Below the pieces are notes generated by a model. That model was given only the letters and a program-made list of their open reading frames with translations. It made no database searches and was not told the origin of the DNA. DNA of 64,000 nt from Albugo candida. Taxonomy: Eukaryota. Shown piece after piece: positions 24,226 to 37,352 of the stretch. The position numbers and the translations under genes are program-made. The stretch's first letter is position 1; each line of letters begins with the position of its first letter. The stretch covers positions 124,001 to 188,000 of the forward strand of contig JBDOQK010000036.1 in the NCBI GenBank assembly GCA_040437565.1. The letters are read 5' to 3'.

Positions 24226-25273
24226 TCACTCTGAATGTATTAATGATACCAGAACTCCTGATGTTAACTTCACACGTCGAACCATTCCTGCTCCTTCCAT
24301 ATCGGCCAAATGAAACGCTAACGGGAAATGTGAGTATCGTAATTTCAGTTGTGAAGCCAATTGACTTTCCAACATTTCATGATATCGTGATCGTTTGAGA
24401 GCACCGAGTATCTGATGTCGTGACTTTTCCATCAGCGTCACAAATCTCCCTACATTTGGAATAGAAAGAGTGTACGCTTCTTGGTGAAGACTTGTTGTGG
24501 GTAGTAGAAAGCCAAGTCGACGAAGCCATCTAACAAAGATTGCTTTTAAAATCACAGATTGTGATGTATATGTGCTCAAACATACAAGATGTCATCTTTG
24601 AAAGACTCAATGCTGGATTCTGACTCAGTGGAATCTTGAAAAGCTTTTCTTATTACATTTACCGGGAAGGAGCTTCCTTCGCTGAAATGAGGTAATGCCA
24701 ACGAAAACCGAGATAGAGCTTGATACTTTCCTTGGGTTTGTGTTGTATTTGCGTTTGTTTCAAGTGTATTTTGCTGTTGTTCAAGTGTCTCACGCACAAA
24801 ATTGGAGTACGCTTCATATGTTACCAGAAGGATGTCATTGCCACTGACTTTACTCGGTCGAGCGCTTTTAGTGCTTGCGGATCGCACATTCCGATGACCT
24901 CTTCGTACCGAAAACGTCACAAGTTTATGACTCGCACGCAATTCGGCAATCTAGAGACAGAATGAGCAAACACAAGGACAAATAAATTGCTCACGTTTTG
25001 GTTGACAAATGTTTGATTGCATAAGACGGCATAACTACGACATCGCACATGAGCGTTTGAAACAAGAACGAGAATACGAGACTACATTTGATGCCAATAC
25101 AAAAGCGGAACGATTCGATGCAGAACAAAAGCTCTTTTGTACCGCTGATGCAATAGCTGGATCGCATTCATGACATCACTGCCCTCAAACTCATCCGCGA
25201 GAAACGTTACGTCGTCGCAATGCGCTATTGTATTGGCTTCATTAACGCGTGGGCGCTTGAAACGACGCAGCAT
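24226..25273 (-). CDS. STK19: STK19-like winged-helix DNA-repair protein (multi-exon)
   Basis: C-terminal LRRLGFL...YTLSIPNVGRFV...LKRSRYHEML...FHLADMEGAG.V.RV.LTSG pattern typical of STK19. N-terminal exon 25273-25085. Confidence 0.75.
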
Positions 25274-25355
25274 AATGTGTGGTACGTAATTGAAGTCATT
25301 TCCCTACTATGTGTTCATTGAAACTCTATTCGTGGATCCAATTCCATAAAGGAAA

Positions 25356-28300
25356 CTACTCTACATCTTTCTGCAGCAAAAGCAAAAGAAACTTCAACTC
25401 TCCAGCTCTTGTTTTCTTTTACCATATTCTTGCGTTAGCACTTGAATAGCGCTCTGAAACTCACTGTCCTTATCCAATTGAAGACTCTGATACTCTTGCC
25501 CATGCGTATTGGAGAAATCTAATAAAGAAACAGCAAATTAGAATCGCGCTTGAGTACATTCTCCATATTTTGTACCGTTCAAAGTTTGCAGGAAAAAGTG
25601 GATTTCATCAATTCCTTCCAAAACACTGCCGATATCATCGTCTTCTTCTTCTTGATCGATATAGTTTTGTAGTAAAGAGCTGTAATCATCGTCTTCCACT
25701 TCCTCTGCATCTTCATTGGAATCGTACCCACCTGCTTCGAGTAATTGCTCCAGCTTTTCTCCGCCGCTACTTTGACCTTCAGGACCATCGGATCGCTTGG
25801 ATTGGAGTGATTCATATTCCTCTTCATCTTCTTCCGCAGAAGCGGAAATGCTTCGAAGTAACATTTTCATCGCGGTTATGATAATTTGTTTGGATTGGCT
25901 TTGTAGAACCTGGGGAAGTTGGGAGCTTGGAAGCTTGAATAAAGACATAATTCCCAAAACAAACATCTTGCGATCCAAATTCGAATCCAAATGAGGCAAC
26001 TCGTTCATCCACATATGAAAAACTTTTTCGATAGCATGTAGCTCCATCAATGCACTCAATGTGATCTGCGGGTTGTAATGGAAAGCACTTGCGAGCACAC
26101 CAAAGACATATCGTCCCATCGAGTCTTGTAGGGGCTCATCGAGCTGAGTCACAAGCAGCTGGACAATTGCCGGCACGCATTCATCCACTTTACCAAAGCA
26201 GTTATGCAGCACGCTGTAGAACAATCGAAGTGCTGCGCATCGATCATATACCTCGCTGTTCTCACAAGTCAACACTTGTTTAGCGATCTGGAAAACCACT
26301 TCCAAATATCTGGTCTGAGGTCTTGTATTGTCGGCGGAAGGAGGCAGAACGCCCTGAAGAAATCCATCCATATCTCGAAGAATAAAGTGATCAATCACTC
26401 GAGAGATATTAATCATATAATCAGCTCCATATCCGTAAAAGCAGTTGACCACGACGGGGAAGAATTGCCAAAGCTCTGGAGTGACTTTTTGGCTGAAAAA
26501 TACGACGGCTGCGAGGATGTCCAACCCACTTTCAATGAAATCAGAGAGATTTGGATCCGAAAAAATTGCCTGCAGGAGTGGGCCGATGTTTGGAAGCATC
26601 AAATTGTACAGCTCTGGGTGCTCATGGATTCCCATCAATACTGTTGTCATAGCATCCAGACACGAAACAGCTGCCAATGCGGCATCATCGTCGTCGTCTG
26701 CCGATGTGAACTGCCCGAAACACTCTGCAAGCTTCACAACTAGTTGAAGTGATAAGGGAGCTATTTCGTTTGGGAATCGCTCAATGATCTTCTCCAAAGC
26801 CATTACGACTTCGTCATTTCCAATCTCGTCCATCAGCTTGAAAAATTGCTCCAATATACGGGGCAGTACTGGACGCAATACGTCAATGACAGTCTCGCTG
26901 AACGGATACATGACCACAAATCGAATCGATTTGGCCGCCTCAATGCTCACGGGAAGTTCCGAGTCAAACATACACTTGATGAGTCCATTTGTTATACGCA
27001 CAATAGTCTGTTCCTCTTTGAATTCGACATATTCGATGTACTCTCTGGAGAAAAAGTGACACGCTCGGAGACGTAAGAAGCCATTTGGATTTTCGAATTC
27101 AGGCAAAATGTGATGTATGATCATGGCCTCGAGCTTGTCTCGATGTGCTTTTGATTTTGTCAGAATGTTGCCGAGGTAAAATAATGCATGAAGAGCGGCA
27201 TCTTTCTGTATATAGTTCACTTGCTGCCCATTTTGTTGTTGTTGGAGATACTGATTCAAAATGTTGTTGTAGAAAAATAAGACATTGTCCAAACAGTTTT
27301 TTCCACGCTTGGCACACAAGGACTTTAGTAAATTGGCAGCGGCGTACACAGGATCGATAAAGTCTTCAAACAGATCGTTGGCTTTGCGTACAAATTCGTG
27401 AGGATCGTCTTGCCAGAGCTGCAGATCTTTTTGAGTCAAGCATAAAATGGGGTGAATGACTTCGAAAATAATGAAACCCAAATGCGGCTTGACAAGCTTG
27501 TAGGCGACAGATGAGTCAACTGCCTCCTGAATAAATATCAAACAAAGCTGCATGACGCGATCAGTGCAGTACATTCCATTTTTTCGGAGGGCAAGAGTTT
27601 CGAGGACGCACGGAAGAAGACTTGGCGCTATTTCATTTCTGAACATCGAACTCATTTGCATGATGCCCTCGTCCACCTTTTTCGGGTTGCCATAACGCGT
27701 GTAGAATCGGCAAATGATTTGCAATGCCCATTTTTTTACTTTCCACCACGGCCATTGCTCCCTATCTTCTTCATCGGATGGCTGTCCGAATGGTTCTGCA
27801 TTCTCATGAGCTTCTGGAAGTCGTTTTGCAATCATTCGTTGAAACAATTCCATCCATCCGCAGAGTTCACTCGGTTGAGCAGCGAAAGGAGGCAAATCAC
27901 AATGGACCGCCGACCAATACGTTTTCAGGATCAAATGCATCATCTTTGCAGCTTCGATGGAGTGATTGCTGGTATAGAGATGATCAGTCCCGCTTCTGCT
28001 GATTGATGACATTTTATCCTTACCTTTGTAGATCCGTCAACATCGCACGAAGCACTGGGAAGGTTGCTTGTACTATAGCATACAGCGGCGCACGATTCTG
28101 TTCAAATGCGATAAGCAAAGAATGTCCAAGTTTTTTGTAGCAATACGCACATCTTCCCGTTTGTATTCATATATTTTCACCAAACAACGAAGTGCCAGTA
28201 GCGCCTATTTACAAAAATGAGAAAACTTGAATGAAAGGATTTCATCGCGTACGTTAATGATACGATTCGGATTGCCACAAGTGAGATTCTTTCCGATTTC

Positions 28301-28819
28301 GTCCACCAAGTTCAGCCACTGTTGCTATAATAAGGCAAACTGTAAAGAATCTAGAACAAAGATTTCAACGTGTTTACTTACTGGAAAATCCAGTCGAGCA
28401 ATGATACTAAAGATTTCAGCAAAAAGGGATCGTAAAGACGTGTCAATGGAGACCAGAAGAGCCTACGTTACAGCGATATCAAAATTGATACTATTATGCA
28501 TTGAATACCCATTCTATCGTACCTCTAAGATGTTTTGACGTGCCGCTATTTTTTCCGTTTCTGAGAATGGACTCACGTAAATATTACTATCGCCCTGTTG
28601 TACACCTTCCCAGTGCTTTTGCACCAGGTTTTTTAGATTGATTGCAGCTGCCTGACGTACTTCTCGTTCAGCTTGCTCAGTGATTGCAATTTGTAGAAGC
28701 AAAGAAAGAGAGTTGGGAATCGAATGCAAGTTTTCTATCGCGATTTCCGCATTCTTTCGATGTTCAGTATCACTACTGAACGTATGTAGTAGAATGGAAT
28801 GCAGCTGATTGACGTCCAT
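25356..28819 (-). CDS. IPO7: Importin-7/8 (SAD2/Nmd5-like karyopherin beta), multi-exon
   Basis: IBN_N motif VRQAAAINLKN, PWWKVKKWALQI, LWQDDPHEFVRK, FLRLRAC, acidic C-terminal region. Confidence 0.92.
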
Positions 28820-28993
28820 CACTTATAATTATAATATGCACTCCGCCTTGAGAATTCTCAGCTCAGTTCACTGGTTCTTGGCGTGCACCTGAATAATGTG
28901 GAAATAGTCATCGATTAGAATCATGTAAACACACTAAATCACGCTCATTGATGTATATTACGCAATTAGTGACCAAAGTCAACTACAGTACAT

Positions 28994-30142
28994 TTAAGCC
29001 AAATGCGTCACCGCGTATAGAATTGCTCCACAGCCAATCATAAGAACAGGTGTGTCCATTGTATGTGGTGCTGTAGCTTCTGCATACGCCATAGTGGGAG
29101 GTAGGATGAGCATGGCCAATAAAACCTGACGAAAACTCGCGAAATCGGCGTATTGTAAGGCTGGGAAGATCATTCCGGAAAGAAACACACATGCACTTCC
29201 CTCCCAACTTCGAGTATACTTTCTCTTTGAAAAACATCCTCTAGTTTTGTACTTGTGGCGACCCCAAGTAATACCAACTGGCTCTGCAAGACCATCGCCT
29301 ATTCCAGTGATGAATACAATAATGAAGATCAAGGCGCCTTGATCAGGAGATAACCATCTGAAGAAGAGGAGAATAAGCATCCCGGGCGCAATGTTTCCGG
29401 CGATGATCCAAGCTAATGTATTTGGACGATCTTCTGGGCGATCCAATGAGTTAAATTGTAGCATAAAAAATGTTGATCGTTCACGAATGGGTTTGATGAG
29501 CACCAAAAAGCCAAGCATGCTGAAGAAATCTCCCCATGCGAGCGGTAATGGACCGCGATATTCTGAACGAATCACAAGTGGGACCATATACGCTGCAAAA
29601 TGCTGAAGTTTACGAGTATAGTTGACTTTGAACCGGGAAGATTTACTGGTAATGATGTATCCTTTAGCATCCACAGCACAATAATGACGACAAACAATTC
29701 CTCCTAACAATGAAACGAGAATCATAACACCGAGTTTAGGTAGTTGCATCAGCCAAAAATGCAACGATGTGAGAAGCCACGGCTCATAAAAGCACGTCAA
29801 CAGTAAAAGTACCACCAAATACAGCACCATGCATGTGAGGAATACAAAATCAAAAGATCGCAACCAATTTTTTGTGTAATCCCCAGCTACTTCGCCTTCT
29901 TCCACCAGAGAGGGTTTTGGGGCATTCATCAGATGAAGTGGTGGATCTGTTGTGGGTACCGATCCGTAATGCGGCTGCCCATATCGCGGAAGTCCCGGCG
30001 ACCCAGGCGCTTTCCAAATGACGCGTAACAATATGTAAATCAAGATCAATGAAACCACAGGAAGAAGTCCGATAATCAAACTCTGCGTCAATGTTATCTC
30101 CTGAGACCAATTTTTAGGAACGGCCGTACTTATCAAATGCAT
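28994..30142 (-). CDS. Polytopic membrane protein, CTP-dependent phytol/dolichol/DAG kinase (cytidylyltransferase-like) family
   Basis: RKLQHF, GIGDGLAEPVGITWGRHKY, RSWEGS motifs and many TM helices. Intronless, 382 aa. Confidence 0.75.
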   Translation of the reverse strand: MHLISTAVPKNWSQEITLTQSLIIGLLPVVSLILIYILLRVIWKAPGSPGLPRYGQPHYGSVPTTDPPLHLMNAPKPSLVEEGEVAGDYTKNWLRSFDFVFLTCMVLYLVVLLLLTCFYEPWLLTSLHFWLMQLPKLGVMILVSLLGGIVCRHYCAVDAKGYIITSKSSRFKVNYTRKLQHFAAYMVPLVIRSEYRGPLPLAWGDFFSMLGFLVLIKPIRERSTFFMLQFNSLDRPEDRPNTLAWIIAGNIAPGMLILLFFRWLSPDQGALIFIIVFITGIGDGLAEPVGITWGRHKYKTRGCFSKRKYTRSWEGSACVFLSGMIFPALQYADFASFRQVLLAMLILPPTMAYAEATAPHTMDTPVLMIGCGAILYAVTHLA

Positions 30143-31235
30143 GACACAGAGAAACGAAGCTTCAAGTTTCCTGAGAAGCGCTATAAAGAATAAAGATGAT
30201 TGTGCAAGCCTTTCTCACTGCGACCCTCTGTAAATGATGTTCAAGAATGGCGACTGATCGATTGTCTATCAGAGTAAGTTTAGCTATGTATCATCATCAG
30301 CTTTGATCAACGATCAGAATAGTAATAAAATAGCTTGCTTAGGGCAATAATGAAAACATTTGCGAGTAGATTGGAATGAATCTAATAGTAAATGGAGGCA
30401 CCCGAAGCGCAATGTTGCTAGAGTTGTAGCAACAGCCAGTGATGCTGCCATTCCAAATCATAGTCCTGTAGCTTCTTTTGCTTTCTTAGTACGGGTACTC
30501 CCCTGCGTCAGGCAACGAAATGGGATGCAATGATTAATGGACCCATGACATTTAAGGCGAGGACTTGTATCTAGAAATCTTCTGCTTCGTCATTGCCCCC
30601 TCATCTTGTTTTGATGAAAGACGTCTAAAAGACGAAATGAATGGGGATAGTTTGTAGAAGCAATACTCGTTCATTCAAAAATGCCGAGTATTTCATGAGG
30701 TAAAGAGTGATATTTAGTGCGCGTAAGATCTCTGCAAAGATCCCCAATTGTCAGATGGTATTCGCTACACCCAACAGCGAATTGATAACCACCACACTGA
30801 GATACAAGAGGCGAGTCTCGTCATTACATGGATCAGAGAGTCAAGTGAATATGTTCAATGTTGGAAGCGACGTGGAATCACATTGAATCAAAATATGCCA
30901 ATTATTTTGGAATTTAGCTGACGCATTCTCAGCAAGCAGTTATGAATCGGGAGTCTGTCACATGGTAATCGATGGCCTGCTCGCCAACTTTGATAGTCCA
31001 AATCTGTGATCTTTGCGGATAAACTGACTGCCATTAACATGCTCTCAGCACAGCCCCGAAATCGGGCTTTTCAACGCGCCAGAGTATCCGTTTTGCTTAC
31101 TATGTTTACGTATGGTATTATGGTCGCACAAAATCTTGAAATCAGCACAACTCTACCCGCTCAACGGCTTGGTCAGAGACAGGTAGGTATACAGTGGCGA
31201 GAAGCTGCAAAAAAGATCTGTAAACCAGTCTATTA

Positions 31236-34200
31236 TTATGAAGAAATGACAATCTCCTGCATGGACGTGAGATCCCTTGCGATTTGCTCCGCACCAACAA
31301 CAAGACAACTCAAAAGTAAGAACTCCTCCATCGATATATCTTGATATCGGCCGTCCACAAGAAACCGTTCCACAAATGTCGTCTTCATCGCGTCGGCCAC
31401 ATCTTTTAGCGTAAATTCTTCGACATTGAGAATATCATGTTCTCTTTGTAAAGGCGAGCTTAGACGAGGAGATCGTGAGCCATTCTCTCTGGGATTCAAA
31501 ATAATTTCCTGATGCACTATTTCATCGTTCATGGTCGTTGTGACAGTGGTGGTGACAGAAATATCATTACTCTTTCCCAAGATTGCAACTGCTGCATCGA
31601 CTGGTGTCGAGCCAAGTTGCTCGTACGGCTCCGAGCTTTCCATTGGAGTGTCGTGGTCCTCCATGATTGTTTCTACGCCTGTGTGACGAAGTCTTCCGGT
31701 CCATCGAGATCTTCGCTTACGTCTCGGAGTAGAGCCAGGATTCCGTTGCTGTGCGCTGGATAATCGCCTCAGTGCTGACACTTTGGGCCTTTGCTGCGTG
31801 AAAATCTCCACTTGGACTTTGAGACCGTCTTCAAGCGCGTGCATGAACTCCTCGAACGATACCTTCCCACTACGATCCAAATCGACGATTCCCATAAACT
31901 CATCAACATACTCACGCAAATTTGCCTCCCGAACAGCTCCAGACTGCGTGAAAATACTTTCCAGTAATTGAGCGACTTCGTCGGCGTCAATCTCCCCGCT
32001 ACAATCTTTATCGGCGAGACGAAAAGCTTCCTTCATTTGCAGGAATAGCGCTGTTTGGTCAGGTTCCGAGTACAAAAAGTCATCACCGAAAAGCATTTGC
32101 AGCGTGTCGAAAGCATCCTTTACGGATTTTGAAAAGCGGCTGGCAGAGACTTTCCATTCGGGCGTTGTCAGTATGTTCCCGGGCTCCTTGGAAATGGTTT
32201 TCACGTCCTGATGCTGGTACCACTTGACCAATTTATATAACAATTTGTTGGTCATGAGCAATCGACGAGAGATTTCCAGCACAGCTTGATATTTTCGAAA
32301 GGAGAAGCTCGGTCGCCAAAGCTGAGGTTCAGTCTTTGCCTCGATTAGTAATCGCTGCTGCTGCTCAAGAAGCGCTGATACCTTGACTTTGAGCAAGCTT
32401 TCAATCCGATCTTGCTGCTCTTGCCCCATGATCTCCATGCTGTCGAAATGATGAGCGACCAATTCCTCGAAAGCCTGCTGCAAATGCGTCAATGTTTGCT
32501 GAATATTCTGCCGAAGTAATGTGGTCGCACTTTTTGGGCACATGGAAAACTCCACGAGAATAAAGAGCGAGACACCCACAGAAGTTTGTGCGACCGAAGA
32601 GTACGAAGCCAAGGCGATTTTGGACGCGCTCACGTCTCCAAACTGGCAAGTATCGTATTGCTTGAGAAGGATTCCGGCAGCAATAAAAGCCGAAACGAGC
32701 CCAGCATAGTTACCGTATCCTCCGGAGAATCGAACGTACATCGATAGCGCTACCCAAAAGAACAAGACCGTGTTCGTAAGCAGTGAATTCATCCATGTCG
32801 GGTAACATATCTGATTGATGAAAATGGAGAAAACGGAAGGCACGACACTTCCTGCCACAACGCCACCCACACGATTCACTGTGACACTGAAGGAGCCTCC
32901 GAGATGATTCCCCATCACATAAGCAACTGCAGCTGGCGTGATATTGCTGTATCCGAATACATAGACGGCTAGAAATGTACCCAAAAGTATGGCAGACGAC
33001 ACTTTGAATGCCGATAGAAACACCAACGCATTATATCGCTTAGAGTCGAAAAATGCGAGAACTGAACGACTCGCAAAGGAAGCAGCGCGTGCTCGATTGG
33101 AATGGTTAATTTCGTTGAATTCCGTCTGAAATTGGATCATCGTACGACAAAACGAATGGAGTGAGTATAGAAAAAGATTGAGCGGCATATTCCCACGAAG
33201 TTGAGAAGGAGTGGTGTTTTTAAAAAGACGATTCTGAGTGGAGCGATACCGTCTGAGTGTTGAATTCAATTGTTTCTCGAGCATCGGAGTACAATGCAAA
33301 TCCAAATGTTTGGCGGAATTGTGCACGTTACTGGAAATCTCATTCAATAGGTCAGAGGAACGTATTTGCGTCACATATATCTCGCGCTGAAGTGATTCCA
33401 AAAACGCGATATGCAAATCTTTGTATTGTTCCAAATCCATCGCCCGATGAAGCGATTGCAAATCGGTAAGAAGCGACCCAATCAATTCGACATACTTTTT
33501 GAAGACGGAGCAGTTACACCCGAGTAAAAGATGTATTCCGAACGATTGCTCCCACCAAACATCGTTGAGAAGCGCCAACATCCGCCGGTGACGCTCACTT
33601 GCTCGATCGAATTTATGATTTACTTTAAGACGAAAGAGATTCATATGCTCTGCAGTCTTGGTCTTGAAGCAATACGAGTCGATAATGAGGTTCAAAAGCT
33701 CATGTATATCTTCACCGGCGGCCATTGTCTCTGTGCGTAAGCTGGAAATGGCGCTTCAATAGAAATTGTGAGCCACTTATCAGCAGAAAAAATACACGTA
33801 CAAGATCGGATACGGAATGAGCATGATCAGGATGGAAAGACAGGAGCCGAGAAATCCTACGAAGAAGTACAGCTGCAAATTGCGGAGAATGTTGCCAGTG
33901 CTAAAGTACCACGAGCTTGCAGCCTTGAGTTTGGAAGTATCGAGCGGATTATTGGGATCAATAATTGTCAAAGCTGCACGATTTTGGTCACAATTCAAGT
34001 AAAAGACATAGCGAGGAACACGTACTAAAGTACAAATTGTTGCCAAGTGCGAATTTTTTCGTATTGTTTTCTATGGGAAGAATGAGAATGACGACCGTGA
34101 ATCCCATGATCCAAGGAAGTAGATCGAAAAATGTGGCTGGATTCACACGATATGAAGATGCTGTCAGAGACTTTGTAATGTTCACAAGCTCCTTATGATC

Positions 34201-35153
34201 GGAGACGTTGCCATCGTAAGTCGGGACAGCATACCACGAGAACAGAATGATATTATAAATCAGCGCGAGTCCGACGCCATAAAAAGCCTGACACACTTCT
34301 CGCAATGTGGCTCCGATATTTCGTCCAGCAGAGAAAATCACAGCCACAGCACAATAACTGAGTCCACCAATATAGTACCAAGCTGGAAAAAATCTCCATT
34401 TTTTCATTTCGCCCGCATGAGCAAATGGATCGTAATTGGTGTCTCGAGTTTGAACGACGGAAGCNNNNNNNNNNNNNNNNNNNNNNNNNNNNNNNNNNNN
34501 NNNNNNNNNNNNNNNNNNNNNNNNNNNNNNNNNNNNNNNNNNNNNNNNNNNNNNNNNNNNNNNNCTTTGTAATGTTCACAAGCTCCTTATGATCGGAGAC
34601 GTTGCCATCGTAAGTCGGGACAGCATACCACGAGAACAGAATGATATTATAAATCAGCGCGAGTCCGACGCCATAAAAAGCCTGACACACTTCTCGCAAT
34701 GTGGCTCCGATATTTCGTCCAGCAGAGAAAATCACAGCCACAGCACAATAACTGAGTCCACCAATATAGTACCAAGCTGGAAAAAATCTCCATTTTTTCA
34801 TTTCGCCCGCATGAGCAAATGGATCGTAATTGGTGTCTCGAGTTTGAACGACGGAAGCCAATAACACACCTGTTGCAACGCGTATCGATAACTCGGCATT
34901 TTGTAAAAATTTGGCTGCATAGAAAGTCAGCAATGTGTCAATACACTATAAAGCCTTACGTACCACTCCATCGGCCTTGCTGGCGTTTATTCTTCTTGCC
35001 GTCAATATCGATGTGGAGTTTTGCGCCTTTTTCGTATTGGAATACACTATCAATGGAACTTCGTCGATTTGTAGGACCTGATGCACGTTCCTGACGACCG
35101 CTTTGTCGGTGTAGAAGTCCCTGACCAAGATCGGAATCTTTGACCGGAAGCAT
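31236..35153 (-). CDS. ALMT/FUSC (aromatic acid exporter)-like transporter with a C-terminal EF-hand pair; multi-exon, includes a gap duplication
   Basis: Two multi-TM blocks (GRNIGATLRE..., AFKVSSAILL...GGSFSVTVNRVGGVVAG...YAGLVSAF) and AKTEPQLWRPSF. EF-hands DKDCSGEIDADE and DLDRSGKVSFEE. Start codon uncertain. Confidence 0.75.
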
Positions 35154-35381
35154 GCGTCTGTGAAGGGAGTGGGACACAGAATCAATGGAGTGGCAGAGGA
35201 CTTCCGTTACGAAACGGAACAACGACAAAAAGGGACGTGACACATTTACGCTCAAGACGTTTTATTATCACTCATTATGTTCTCTTCCGATTTCGCGACT
35301 TGAAAATCGTCCATACGTAAGCGCAGCATTCCGACTCGTTCTGGTCCGATGAGAATAAATAAAAAAAAGTGGTTGAGCGTG

Positions 35382-37352
35382 TCATTCACGACGAAAAGTC
35401 TGTACGTGGTTCTTGTGCGCTCGCTGCAAAATATATCGAGCTCGTTCTCCAGCGGCTTGGACGCGATCATTATTCGGATAAACACATAGAGGAAGTGCGT
35501 TCCAATTCGCGTAAAGTAATTCTATCTTCATTCCGGGCTTTCGTTCCGTGCATTGATCGACTTCAGTGGCAATGAAATATCGCATCGCAGAATCTGTACA
35601 CTCTTTGGCTTCTTCGCAGAGTGTGGTAGACTCTGTGACTTGACTCGTATTTTGCACCTCAAATCCGAGCAAGTAATATCCGCTTGTACCTGAAGCGTTT
35701 ATTCCCGGTATCAATACCGGGTGCGGATGAACCGATCGAATTGGAATTGCGACTTCTAATGATTCGACCAATTTGCGTAATCGGCTAGCAATGTAATTTG
35801 ACCATTGATCCAGATCTTCTTCGTGCAAAGCTTCCACTTTCATAACGAGATAATGATCATAACGTACGATAAATTCCGACGGAGTGAATAAATTCTGCCA
35901 GTTTCCAAAAGCGTATTTTTCAGCAATATTTTCAACAATACACCTTCCCCGCTTAAACTCTTCTTGCATAATACGCAGGGTAGCTCGACTCACGTTAACA
36001 GCAGAATTCACAGAAGGATAACCGGGTGTTATTATCGGCATCAAATGAGCTCGATCGTGATGATTGGTCTGTGGACACCATTGTACTCCGTCGCCTTCTA
36101 TTCCATTCAGTCGATATGGTCGAGCAATCCACACAGGCGTTGGCCACGTCCATTCCGAAAATACCACAAAGAAGCGATAAAGGAGGACTGATACTGACGC
36201 CTCAGGGAGCATTTGGCAGATAAATACAGCCAAAACTGTCCATGATATTCCACCGAGAAATCCTGTTTTATTGGAGTAAATTCCACGTCGTTTAGCCCAC
36301 AAACGAATGATCCGCACAAACGACCGAAATGCGCATTCATTGGGTACCAGTTCAAGTATCAACGAAGAAACCCGTGCGACCGACATGGAACGCATCGAAA
36401 TCGAGTCCATTCCAGCAAGGATTTCATCGCAATAAAGTGGAAGGTGTGCTGGGACTTTCTCTTCGGTCGATCTCGCTAGTAAGAAATCAATGTGTACGCC
36501 ATTTAATTTGAACGCTAATATAGGAACTGTTGCTTTTTTCATGGCGACCAACTTGGTGATTTTGGAGTTGGGAAGATTTGATAAAAACCCATATAAGTCG
36601 GTTAGAAAACAATCCAGGGTCACAAAATTAGGAGCAAATGCAACAATGTCCAAGTCAGAATCGGAAAATCCTGCTTTGAGGTGCCAGCTTCCACCTATAA
36701 GAAGGGAGATTTTGCTGTCGGGATGATCTGGAAACTTTTGAGAAAGCCATAGATCCACCACACGATGAAGCTCTTCGATTGCCAAATGACGGAGACTTAG
36801 ATCTTCTGATTTTGGAAGCTTGGCGATTGCTTGAAAGTGTCTCAAGAGCGTGGTGGTGTTTTGTACATCGAATTCGGACGCTGGTCCCAAAAAAACTGGT
36901 TGTACGACCGGATGTAGAAATGGAGCTAGGGACGCTTTGGTACGAATCGGTGTGGTTGGAACGTTGGAAATGGTCAAGGAAGGACTTGTGGCAGTTTGTG
37001 TTCTTAAGTTGGTGCACACAGTTTTATTGTACGCATCATGCGTCCCATTTGGACTTACTGGACTCAATTCAAGCGCATGATCATGTTCCTCCAAGCTAGT
37101 TGAGGACGCGGAACTCACTGAACTGGCCTCCCATTGACTACTGTTTGATGAGTGTATTGTGGAGCAGTTGGATAGAAATGAGGAAGCGTGATTACGACGT
37201 AGGTCGCACGGAGTTTCCTCCGGCTTTCTCAATTCAGTTATGCTTTCCGATGCTTTTGTTGCTTCGTTCGGTATTGTGGGTGGACCTCGAGCAATTGTGC
37301 TCCATGGTACTGATCCGTACGGTGTCACGCGTGTTATAGTTATGTCGCTCAT
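35382..37352 (-). CDS. Canonical-type poly(A) polymerase, divergent paralog (intronless)
   Basis: GS...DSDLD catalytic motif, IDFL third Asp, IRLWAKRRGIYSN.TGFLGGISW, HLMPIITPGYP..NS..NVS, SRLRKLV. First ATG at 37352; the ORF extends further upstream. Confidence 0.9.
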   Translation of the reverse strand: MSDITITRVTPYGSVPWSTIARGPPTIPNEATKASESITELRKPEETPCDLRRNHASSFLSNCSTIHSSNSSQWEASSVSSASSTSLEEHDHALELSPVSPNGTHDAYNKTVCTNLRTQTATSPSLTISNVPTTPIRTKASLAPFLHPVVQPVFLGPASEFDVQNTTTLLRHFQAIAKLPKSEDLSLRHLAIEELHRVVDLWLSQKFPDHPDSKISLLIGGSWHLKAGFSDSDLDIVAFAPNFVTLDCFLTDLYGFLSNLPNSKITKLVAMKKATVPILAFKLNGVHIDFLLARSTEEKVPAHLPLYCDEILAGMDSISMRSMSVARVSSLILELVPNECAFRSFVRIIRLWAKRRGIYSNKTGFLGGISWTVLAVFICQMLPEASVSVLLYRFFVVFSEWTWPTPVWIARPYRLNGIEGDGVQWCPQTNHHDRAHLMPIITPGYPSVNSAVNVSRATLRIMQEEFKRGRCIVENIAEKYAFGNWQNLFTPSEFIVRYDHYLVMKVEALHEEDLDQWSNYIASRLRKLVESLEVAIPIRSVHPHPVLIPGINASGTSGYYLLGFEVQNTSQVTESTTLCEEAKECTDSAMRYFIATEVDQCTERKPGMKIELLYANWNALPLCVYPNNDRVQAAGERARYILQRAHKNHVQTFRRE

